Positions 1 to 5,454 of a DNA stretch of 16,275 bases are shown here, piece by piece. Every line of letters begins with the position of its first letter. The stretch's first letter is position 1. This DNA is from a bacterium (GTDB lineage Bacteria; Patescibacteriota; Minisyncoccia; Phycocordibacterales; Phycocordibacteraceae): the NCBI GenBank assembly GCA_021817705.1, contig JAKAGB010000013.1:1-16275 (forward strand), given 5' to 3'. The notes below the pieces were generated by a model. It saw nothing but the letters and a program-made list of their open reading frames with translations, made no database searches and was not told the origin of the DNA. Made by a program: the position numbers and the translations under genes.

Positions 1-2
1 GC

Positions 3-374
3 GTACCCCCCCCCCCGACAATTCTGCCAGTCCTCGAGCGCGCGAAAGCAGCGTATATTTTGTGGTCTGAATATCGCCCAACGGTGCCGAGCACCAAACG
101 GTATTCGCTCGGAGAGCGTATCGACGTATTATTAATTGAAATAATCGAATCCATGGCAGCGGCGAGTTTTTTGCCGCGCGGAGAAAAGGAGCCGTATTTG
201 CGCGTCGCGATACGCAAGCTTGATACGCTTCGCATCCTGCTTATGGTTGCATGGGAGTCGCGGGCGCTTGATACCAAGAAATATGGCGCACTCTCTGAAA
301 GCATAGAGACAGTCGGAAGAATGCTCGGCGGGTGGTACGGGCAGACGGTGCGGCAAAACCGAACCCCGCAGTGA
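3..374 (+). CDS. avd: Four-helix-bundle protein (23S rRNA intervening-sequence protein / Avd-like, TIGR02436/PF05635-type); 5' end unresolved at the window edge
   Basis: The track ORF 60..374 (TTG start) stays open in the same frame back to nt 3 (VPPPPTILPVLERAKAAYILWSEY...). Motifs KRYSLGERID, KLDTLRILL and KKYGALSE...GRMLGGW are typical of four-helix-bundle proteins. The gene lies 24 nt from a DGR template repeat. The true start is either off-window or obscured by the C11 tract at 6-16. Confidence 0.8.
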   Translation, partial: VPPPPTILPVLERAKAAYILWSEYRPTVPSTKRYSLGERIDVLLIEIIESMAAASFLPRGEKEPYLRVAIRKLDTLRILLMVAWESRALDTKKYGALSESIETVGRMLGGWYGQTVRQNRTPQ

Positions 375-386
375 CGCGGGGTTCGG
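355..386 (-). terminator. Intrinsic terminator immediately downstream of the TR (minus strand); it overlaps the avd stop codon
   Basis: Perfect 11-bp GC-rich stem (359-369 ccgaaccccgc / 376-386 gcggggttcgg) with a 6-nt loop. On the minus strand it is followed by TTTTG (355-358). The avd TGA (372-374) lies in the loop. There is no T-run on the plus side. Confidence 0.55.
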
Positions 387-397
387 AGCGAAGAGAG

Positions 398-524
398 TTG
401 CGAAGCGGAGCGCAGGATTGTTGTCGTTCCAATCGTTGTTGAGCCAGTTCCAGTTCAGCATGACCTGCCCGTCGTTCTCGATGAGATACGGGACATGCAG
501 GTTGCCATTGCGGTTCCGAACGAT
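398..524 (-). repeat. DGR template repeat (TR), sense = minus strand
   Basis: Gap-free 127-nt alignment to 844-970 (constant offset 446). It has 34 sense-strand adenines, of which 18 differ in the VR. Of the 93 non-A positions only 1 differs (plus-strand nt 452). Read in the VR frame it holds 8 AAC and 2 AAT codons (..NRNGNLHVPYLIENDGQVMLNWNWLNNDWNDNNPALRFA..). The matching reading frame is broken by TAA at 555-557 and has no stop where the VR gene stops. Confidence 0.8.
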
Positions 525-760
525 GCGTACAAGGTGCCATCCGTACCACCAGCCTTAGAATACTCTCCGGCCTGAATCTAATTCGGCATCGTAATGCCAA
601 AGCGCATTGCACCAAGTATCTTCGTTTTGAAGAGTCAGCATGCGGCGCGCTCCTGTGAAAACCGTAGTCCGCAGGATTCTGGACGCATGGATACTGGATT
701 CGGCAGAGGGAAACCGTGATCGCCCTCATACTCGCCTACTACCATGCATAAGCATATACG

Positions 761-792
761 AAAAATCGCCCCGCATGAAGACATGCGGGGCG
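761..792 (-). terminator. Intrinsic terminator of the DGR target gene
   Basis: Perfect 11-bp stem (767-777 cgccccgcatg / 782-792 catgcggggcg) with a 4-nt loop. On the minus strand it is followed by ATTTTT (761-766). It lies about 50 nt downstream of the TAG at 839-841. Confidence 0.7.
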
Positions 793-838
793 GAGTTCAA
801 AGGTTCAGAGTGCGAACCGAGATTCACAGTTCTGAGTA

Positions 839-1423
839 CTAACTTGCGAAGCGGAGCGCAGGATTGTCGTCGCTCCAACCGTTGCAGAGCCAGTTCCGGG
901 ACAGCAAGACCTGCCCGCCGCCCTCGACGAGACACGGGACATGCAGGCTGCCAAGGCGGCTCCGAACGACAGACTTCCATCCGAAGACTGCCTTGCCCTC
1001 GAAGTGCTTGCGGAACACCTCAATACCGAGCTTCTGGATAGCCAGAAGGTCGGCGAGGCCGAGACAGCTCTCGAGCATGTCGTTGCTCGTGAGATAGTCG
1101 TAGATGACCTGGCCCCTCACGGTGCCACTTTTTTGTCCATCGTGGAGCCAGAGGTCGATCTTCGCGAGATCGAAACGCTTCGGACCCGTTTTCTCGAGCT
1201 CGGGGTGCATGATCTTGTCCACCCATTCAGGATAGGCGGGTCGGATGGAGCGGTCGACGCGGATGATGGAGCCCGTGACGGTCTTGGCCTTGGTGAGCGC
1301 CGCGACCTGGCCGGGTTTGCCGACGACGGTTTCTCCGGCGAGGAACTTATCCACGCCTTCTTCGCCGCCGAGTTTGTTCCAGACCGCTTCAATGCGGCCC
1401 AGCGTCTTGGGATACTTACCCAT
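839..1423 (-). CDS. DGR target (variable) protein, 194 aa, unrecognised family; VR encodes residues 152-193
   Basis: Start chosen at ATG 1423 (MGKYPKTL...) because AAGGAG lies 6 nt upstream (1430-1435 on the complement). The track ORF extends to 1507 without a ribosome-binding site. The C-terminus ...VVRSRLGSLHVPCLVEGGGQVLLSRNWLCNGWSDDNPALRFAS is encoded by the VR. I see no signal peptide or TM segment. Confidence 0.85.
   Translation of the reverse strand: MGKYPKTLGRIEAVWNKLGGEEGVDKFLAGETVVGKPGQVAALTKAKTVTGSIIRVDRSIRPAYPEWVDKIMHPELEKTGPKRFDLAKIDLWLHDGQKSGTVRGQVIYDYLTSNDMLESCLGLADLLAIQKLGIEVFRKHFEGKAVFGWKSVVRSRLGSLHVPCLVEGGGQVLLSRNWLCNGWSDDNPALRFAS
844..970 (-). repeat. DGR variable repeat (VR) at the 3' end of the target gene
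   Basis: Counterpart of the TR 398-524. Fifteen codons differ from the TR-templated sequence: V152, S155, L157, S159, C164, V166, G168, G169, L173, S175, R176, C180, G182, S184 and D186. The last 23 nt (844-866) are identical to TR 398-420 even though they contain adenines, which is IMH-like. Confidence 0.8.
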
Positions 1424-1584
1424 GATTGTCTCCTTTTTCATTCGGCTTCTAGCCGATGAACTTCTCGTTTCCCGCGAGTTGAGGGGCTGATGGCACGAAT
1501 TCGCCACAGCGGAGAAAGGCCTAGCGAATAAGCCGCTTTCCGCTATGGCGAACTGGGGTGTGCAGGGAACTACTATCTACAAAT

Positions 1585-1614
1585 ATTATATGCATACTCG
1601 CTCTAAAAAGTCAA
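1585..1614 (-). promoter_or_regulatory. Near-consensus sigma70-type promoter for the DGR target gene
   Basis: On the minus strand: TTGACT (complement of 1609-1614), 18-nt spacer, TATAAT (complement of 1585-1590). It sits in a local AT-rich island and predicts a leader of about 150 nt. Confidence 0.45.
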
Positions 1615-1641
1615 GAGCGCGAGGTAAGGTACTGTACAGAA

Positions 1642-1670
1642 CCGCCCGCCTCCGCAGCGGAGGCGGGCGG
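1642..1670 (-). terminator. GC hairpin downstream of nusG (possible terminator, possibly bidirectional)
   Basis: Arms of 14 nt are perfectly complementary (1642-1655 / 1657-1670), 18 nt after the nusG stop. The minus-side trailer TTCTGTAC is only weakly U-rich. The plus side has CTGCTTTTG. Confidence 0.4.
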
Positions 1671-1688
1671 CTGCTTTTGCGTTACCGA

Positions 1689-2351
1689 TCAGAGTTTGCG
1701 AATCTGGAGGAAGTCCAATTCGACCGGGGTCTCGCGGCCGAACATGCTGACCATCACCTTTACCTTGCCGCGGTCTTCGTCCACGTCGCCGATCTTGCCT
1801 TCCAAGTCCTTGAACGGACCGTCCGCGATCACCACCGGGTCGTCCTTCACGAAGTCGATGCGGTGCTTCGGCGCCTCGGCGTGCATGCGCTTCATGAGGC
1901 TCGCCACTTCCGCTTCGTCCATGGGCACCGGCGTGGTGCCGCTACCCACGAACCCGGTCACGCGCGGCGTGTTGCGCACCACGAACCACGAGTCGTCGTC
2001 CACGAGCATCTTCACGAGGATGTAGCCCGGATAAATCTTCTCTTCTTCGGTCACGCGCTTCCCTGCCTTCACGCGAATCTTCTTCTCGGTAGGCACGATG
2101 ACGTCGAAAATCTTGTGCTCCATGCCGAGCGATTCGATGCGCTGCTTCAGGTTGCGCTCCACCGCGTTCTCGTAGCCCGCGTAGGTATGGATGGCGTACC
2201 AGCGCGCGTCTTCAGGGTTCGGAGCCGTCTCGTCGCGCACCTCTTTTTGCACGCCGGGCGCGATGTCGGCCATGCCGATCTCTTCCGCGACGCCGTCCGT
2301 GTCGGGCATGACTTCGCCCGTGGGTCCGATGTGGATGTTCGTGTCGTCCAT
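1689..2351 (-). CDS. nusG: Transcription termination/antitermination factor NusG (with an N-terminal extension of about 45 aa)
   Basis: RWYAIHTYAGYENAV...NGN domain and a C-terminal KOW (GPFKDLEGKIGDVDEDRGKVKVMVSMFGRETPVELDFLQI). It lies immediately downstream of secE, as in the conserved secE-nusG operon. Confidence 0.95.
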   Translation of the reverse strand: MDDTNIHIGPTGEVMPDTDGVAEEIGMADIAPGVQKEVRDETAPNPEDARWYAIHTYAGYENAVERNLKQRIESLGMEHKIFDVIVPTEKKIRVKAGKRVTEEEKIYPGYILVKMLVDDDSWFVVRNTPRVTGFVGSGTTPVPMDEAEVASLMKRMHAEAPKHRIDFVKDDPVVIADGPFKDLEGKIGDVDEDRGKVKVMVSMFGRETPVELDFLQIRKL

Positions 2352-2361
2352 AGTGGGAAGG

Positions 2362-2547
2362 TTATGCGCCGATAAGGCTCGAGACGAGGCCGCCGAACGC
2401 GTAGTCGAGCACGCCGATCATGGCCGCCACGAAGAGCGCGATGAGGATGATGACGAGCGTATGCGCGAGCGCCGTGCGAGGCGTCGGCCACACGATGTGC
2501 TTGAACTCGTCGCGCACATGCGAAAGGTATGAGGTGAGTGCGTTCAT
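2362..2547 (-). CDS. secE: Preprotein translocase subunit SecE (minimal, single TM, 61 aa)
   Basis: SYLSHVRDEFKHIVWPTPRTALAHTLVIILIALFVAAMIGVLD matches the SecE signature (E..KV.WP...E....T.vV). Synteny with nusG supports the call. Confidence 0.9.
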   Translation of the reverse strand: MNALTSYLSHVRDEFKHIVWPTPRTALAHTLVIILIALFVAAMIGVLDYAFGGLVSSLIGA

Positions 2548-2571
2548 GGGGGAATGGGTAATCGCGGTACT

Positions 2572-2591
2572 AAAAAACCCCTGCGGGGTTT
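2572..2591 (-). promoter_or_regulatory. Terminator-like hairpin with U-tract inside the predicted secE-nusG leader (candidate attenuator)
   Basis: On the minus strand: AAACCCC GCA GGGGTTT followed by TTTTAG. It lies 25 nt upstream of the secE ATG and downstream of the predicted -10. Confidence 0.4.
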
Positions 2592-2602
2592 CAACGGGGG
2601 AA

Positions 2603-2630
2603 AGTATAGCATGCGGGGCAACGTGGTCAA
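2603..2630 (-). promoter_or_regulatory. Candidate promoter of secE-nusG
   Basis: On the minus strand: TTGACC (complement of 2625-2630), 16-nt spacer, TATACT (complement of 2603-2608). Confidence 0.35.
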
Positions 2631-2638
2631 GCGGTCTG

Positions 2639-2670
2639 AAAAGCGCGCGCCGGCCTTTGGCCGACGCGCG
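2639..2670 (-). terminator. Intrinsic terminator of the SIMPL-domain gene
   Basis: A 12-bp GC stem (2644-2655 / 2659-2670) with one mismatch. On the minus strand it is followed by CTTTTCAG. It starts 25 nt after the stop at 2696. Confidence 0.55.
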
Positions 2671-2695
2671 TTCTCCCTTCCCTTCCGCCCCGTTC

Positions 2696-3487
2696 CTACC
2701 GGAGTTCGTAGGTTATCGACACTGAGGCCGTGTAGGTGTTTTCGCCTGCGGGTACCGAAGGCGCTGCCGCAGCACCCTTCCCGACCACCGCCGCATACAT
2801 GACCGGGTACGGCATGCCGCCCGATGACTCACTGAAGTTCACGATGCGACCGAGCTCGACGCCAAGCTCGCTTGCGATAGTTTCGGCCTGCGCTTTCGCG
2901 TTCGTGATTGCGTCCGCGCGCGCGGCATCCGGCCCGGCATTCGGGTCGGCAAGCGCGAAGTCGGGACCCGAGACATTCTGCACCCCTTCACTCCCGAGTC
3001 CGCCGAGAACGGCACCGACCGAATCAAGATTCCGCACGGTGAGCTGTACGGTTTCCGCCACCTGGTAGCCGGTTATGGTTGGCGAAGAAATCGGGCACAG
3101 GACGCCGGCCGGGCACGGTTGCGGGTACGCATACTGCGGTGTGATGGTGTACGAGAGCGTCTTCACGTCTTTCTGCGCGATGCCCTGCGTCGCAACCCAC
3201 GCAAGCACGGTGTTCGCCTGCTTCGTGGTGGCCGCCTGTGCGTCGGCAACCGCCTTCGCAGTGTTCTCTACGCTGAAGGTGATATGCGCGATATCGGGCG
3301 GCAGCACTGCGGTGCCGTCACCAGAAACCGTTATGGTGTCCGAAGCGGGCGCGGTCGGACGACCGAGGTTCTCTGCAACTGAAGCAGCCTCCGCAAGGAG
3401 GAAGAGCGCGAGTATGGCGAGCGTGCCGACGAGCGCGATGCGCACCATACCGTTACCGAATAGGTCGTGGAAGAAATCGTCTTGCAT
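2696..3487 (-). CDS. SIMPL-domain (DUF541) protein, N-terminally membrane-anchored
   Basis: N-terminal TM helix (MVRIALVGTLAILALFLLA). The SIMPL-like pattern follows: ITVSGDGTAVLPPDIAHITFSVE...GYQVAETVQLTVRNLDSVGAVL...ARADAITNAKAQAETIASELGVELGRIVNFSE. Confidence 0.88.
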   Translation of the reverse strand: MQDDFFHDLFGNGMVRIALVGTLAILALFLLAEAASVAENLGRPTAPASDTITVSGDGTAVLPPDIAHITFSVENTAKAVADAQAATTKQANTVLAWVATQGIAQKDVKTLSYTITPQYAYPQPCPAGVLCPISSPTITGYQVAETVQLTVRNLDSVGAVLGGLGSEGVQNVSGPDFALADPNAGPDAARADAITNAKAQAETIASELGVELGRIVNFSESSGGMPYPVMYAAVVGKGAAAAPSVPAGENTYTASVSITYELR

Positions 3488-3498
3488 AAGAAAGAGGG

Positions 3499-4152
3499 TT
3501 ATGAAGAAGCACCTTGTAAGGTTAGAAGCAACTGCTTGAGCGCGGTTGCAGCGGGTAATGACGCCCTATCAAGCCCGGGGTTCGTCCAGTCTACGCCACG
3601 GTCGACGGCGTCGAACCGGAGCACACGCGAACCGAAGGACAGATAGTACGCGGTATCGACCGTGCCCTCGAACCGCTCGATGGGCACGATAGTGAACTGA
3701 TGCGTGCCGACGGTGGTCGAGGTGAACGCGCTCGGCGGCACCAGCTGCCCAGACGGATTCCCTACTGCGGTCGATTCGATAACCGCGAGCGGCGTCGTGG
3801 TTCCTTCGCGCGCGTATGCGCGGATGAGAATCTCCGCCGATGGCACGGTCGACGACGCGGTCGTGGTTGCCGCATACGCGGCGCTCACACTCGCGTCCGG
3901 CACCGCTTCGGCCGCGAAGCCTGCGGGTACCGCATACGCGATGCCGAGGTCGGTGAGCGAGACATTCGGCGGCGGGCATGCCGGGAACGAGCAGGATACG
4001 CCGGTGCGCGAGAGCGTCGTGCCGTCCGGGCACACTTCTGCGTCGAGGGGGCAGGCGATTCTCTGGTACGGGTGCTCGGCGGCATTGCGGTAGATGAGGC
4101 CGCCCACACCGACCAGGATGATGACGAGAATCCCGAGAAGCAGGTTCTTCAT
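3499..4152 (-). CDS. Hypothetical membrane-anchored extracytoplasmic protein (Cys-rich CPLDAEVCPDG...CSFPACP motif)
   Basis: N-terminal TM helix (LLLGILVIILVGVGGLIY) followed by a CPxDAxxCPDG-type motif that I recall from secreted proteins of CPR-like genomes. No enzymatic motifs recognised. Confidence 0.8.
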   Translation of the reverse strand: MKNLLLGILVIILVGVGGLIYRNAAEHPYQRIACPLDAEVCPDGTTLSRTGVSCSFPACPPPNVSLTDLGIAYAVPAGFAAEAVPDASVSAAYAATTTASSTVPSAEILIRAYAREGTTTPLAVIESTAVGNPSGQLVPPSAFTSTTVGTHQFTIVPIERFEGTVDTAYYLSFGSRVLRFDAVDRGVDWTNPGLDRASLPAATALKQLLLTLQGASS

Positions 4153-4200
4153 ACGGGCATGATAGCATGAGGCGCGCGGCTTCGCGGCGCGCCTCCTTCC

Positions 4201-4596
4201 TTAGTGCCGCGTGCGCAGTTCGTCGCGAATCTCGAGCAATACTTTCAATTCCGGGTTCTCCGCAGGCTGCTTCGCCTCTTCCTTGCGCTTCTTCGTGAGC
4301 CGGTTCAGCACCTTCACGAGCAGGAAGAGCGCGAACGCGATGATGATGAAATTCAATATCGTCTGCAGGAACACGCCGATGCCTATCGAGCCGCCGTTCG
4401 GAAGCGCGATGGCCCATTCGGAAAAGCGTACGCCGCCCAAGAGGAGCCCGATAGGCGGGGTGATGATGTTGTTCGCGAGCGAAGTGGTTATCTGATTGAA
4501 CGCCGCGCCAATGACGACGCCGACCGCAAGGTCGATCGCGTTCCCCCGCACCGCGAACGTCTCGAATTCTTTCAGGAAGCCTTTCATGAGAGGCAT
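4201..4596 (-). CDS. mscL: Large-conductance mechanosensitive channel MscL
   Basis: FKEFETFAVRGNAIDLAVGVVIGAAFNQI...IITPPIG is the canonical MscL N-terminus and TM1. The alternative start at ATG 4587 (MKGFLKEF) is equally plausible. Confidence 0.93.
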   Translation of the reverse strand: MPLMKGFLKEFETFAVRGNAIDLAVGVVIGAAFNQITTSLANNIITPPIGLLLGGVRFSEWAIALPNGGSIGIGVFLQTILNFIIIAFALFLLVKVLNRLTKKRKEEAKQPAENPELKVLLEIRDELRTRH

Positions 4597-4609
4597 GATA
4601 GCAGAAATG

Positions 4610-4641
4610 AAAAAGCGGCCGCCCGTTACCGGTGCGGCCGC
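4610..4641 (-). terminator. Intrinsic terminator of the alpha/beta hydrolase gene
   Basis: Stem gcggccgcccg (4615-4625) / cggtgcggccgc (4630-4641) with one bulge and loop ttac. On the minus strand it is followed by TTTTTCATTTC. The TAA stop (4626-4628) sits in the loop. Confidence 0.7.
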
Positions 4642-5345
4642 GTAGTCGTAGAAGCTACTCGCTCATGAATCCACGTACGGACGATTCCCGCGGTTTCTTC
4701 CGCCCACGGTTCGCACGTGAGCATGTGCCCCGCACCGCGCACTACGGCAAAGTCTGCGCCGTAGATGTGCGCGATCTGTTTGCACACCGGAAGTGGCATC
4801 ATTGTATCTTCTTCCGCGGCGACCACGAGCACCGGGCACGTTACCTTCGGCCGGAAGCCGAAGAACTGCCCGAGCACCAGGTCGCGCACCGCGCGGCCGC
4901 TCTCGCTCCGGAACCGCACGCGCGCTTCCTGCGCCGGATGGAGCAGGAGTGCGCGGCTGTCGTCATCCGTGAGCTCGAATGCCCTGCCGGAAAGGAGCGC
5001 CGGCAGGTACTTCCACACGCGTCGCCAGATTTCGCCCTTGTAGAGGGTGCGCGGTGGTGGTGCGGGAGCCAGGAGCACGAGCCCCTGTACGCGCGCGTTA
5101 CGCGATGCCGCATACTGCGCGACGAGCGCGCCCATCGAGTGCCCTACGAGCACGACCGGTTTCGAAACCGCGCCGCGCGCGCACGCGGAGAAATCATGGA
5201 TGGATAAGCCGCCCGGGTCTTCGCCGCAGCCGTGCCCGAGAAGGGGCGCGGCGTTCACGAAGAAATGCCGGCAGAGCACCTGCACGAACGGCAGGTGTTG
5301 CGCCGGGTTGCCCCAAGCGCCGTGAAAGAAATGAACTGAGGACAT
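4626..5345 (-). CDS. Alpha/beta-fold hydrolase
   Basis: HFFHGAWGNP oxyanion-region motif, GHSMGA nucleophile elbow, and a C-terminal GAGHM-type His motif (VVRGAGHMLTCEP). Confidence 0.85.
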   Translation of the reverse strand: MSSVHFFHGAWGNPAQHLPFVQVLCRHFFVNAAPLLGHGCGEDPGGLSIHDFSACARGAVSKPVVLVGHSMGALVAQYAASRNARVQGLVLLAPAPPPRTLYKGEIWRRVWKYLPALLSGRAFELTDDDSRALLLHPAQEARVRFRSESGRAVRDLVLGQFFGFRPKVTCPVLVVAAEEDTMMPLPVCKQIAHIYGADFAVVRGAGHMLTCEPWAEETAGIVRTWIHERVASTTTRPHR

Positions 5346-5374
5346 CGTGCCTCTCCCTGTCAGACTCTGGCACT

Positions 5375-5402
5375 ATTATACACATAATTACTAAAAAAGC
5401 AA
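5375..5402 (-). promoter_or_regulatory. Candidate promoter of the hydrolase gene
   Basis: On the minus strand: TTGCTT (complement of 5397-5402), 16-nt spacer, TATAAT (complement of 5375-5380). GGGAGAGG lies 5 nt before the ATG at 5345. Confidence 0.45.
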
Positions 5403-5422
5403 TGGGCTCGCGCGCAGCTATG

Positions 5423-5449
5423 AAAACGCGGCCTGCTATGCAGGCCGCG
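5423..5449 (-). terminator. Intrinsic terminator of the 2H phosphoesterase gene
   Basis: A 9-bp stem (5427-5435 / 5441-5449). On the minus strand it is followed by TTTTCATAG. It begins 5 nt after the TAG at 5455-5457. Confidence 0.6.
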
Positions 5450-5454
5450 GGGTC

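Larger units (their letters stand above)
3..1614. mobile_element. Partial diversity-generating retroelement (DGR) locus: Avd-like gene, TR, VR-bearing target gene and its promoter. No reverse transcriptase gene in the window.
   Basis: A TR/VR pair with adenine-specific mismatches (18 of 19 differences). The VR is at the 3' end of a CDS and the TR is noncoding (in-frame TAA, no conserved stop). An Avd-family gene is adjacent. Confidence 0.75.

Noticed and set aside
132-729. Minus-strand ORFs (132..461 and 241..729) plus a 28-codon ORF with a good AGGAG ribosome-binding site (641..555). Together they read like a truncated paralogue or pseudogene of the C-terminus of the 839..1423 protein (GWWYGWHLVRIVRNRNGNLHVPYLIENDGQVMLNWNWLNNDWNDNNPALRFAT...).
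   Set aside because: The similarity is explained better as a DGR template repeat. The differences from the gene copy are almost exclusively at adenines. The frame is broken by TAA at 555-557, and the natural stop is missing, so the frame runs antisense through avd. I did not call these ORFs as CDS or pseudogene. The weak extra similarity upstream (GGATGG, ..VF.GW..) may just reflect an origin of the TR by duplication.
1545-2375. Long antisense or off-frame ORFs throughout the window. Examples: 1545..2375 +, 3569..4417 -, 5470..6186 +, 6194..6811 +, 7659..8357 +, 9072..9728 +, the N-terminal 211 aa of 12010..13284 -, 13515..14234 +, 13931..14668 +, and the upstream part of 14363..14974 -.
   Set aside because: These have Arg/Pro/Ala/His-rich low-complexity translations typical of shadow frames in GC-rich DNA. 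Each overlaps a gene on the other strand or frame that has clear family motifs.
4153-4200. A GC hairpin (aggcgcgc...gcgcgcct) and a GGAAGGAGG string between mscL and the downstream membrane-protein gene, considered as a terminator or a ribosome-binding site.
   Set aside because: There is no U-tract on the minus strand after the stem. The SD-like string is about 40 nt from the ATG at 4152. This is too weak to call.
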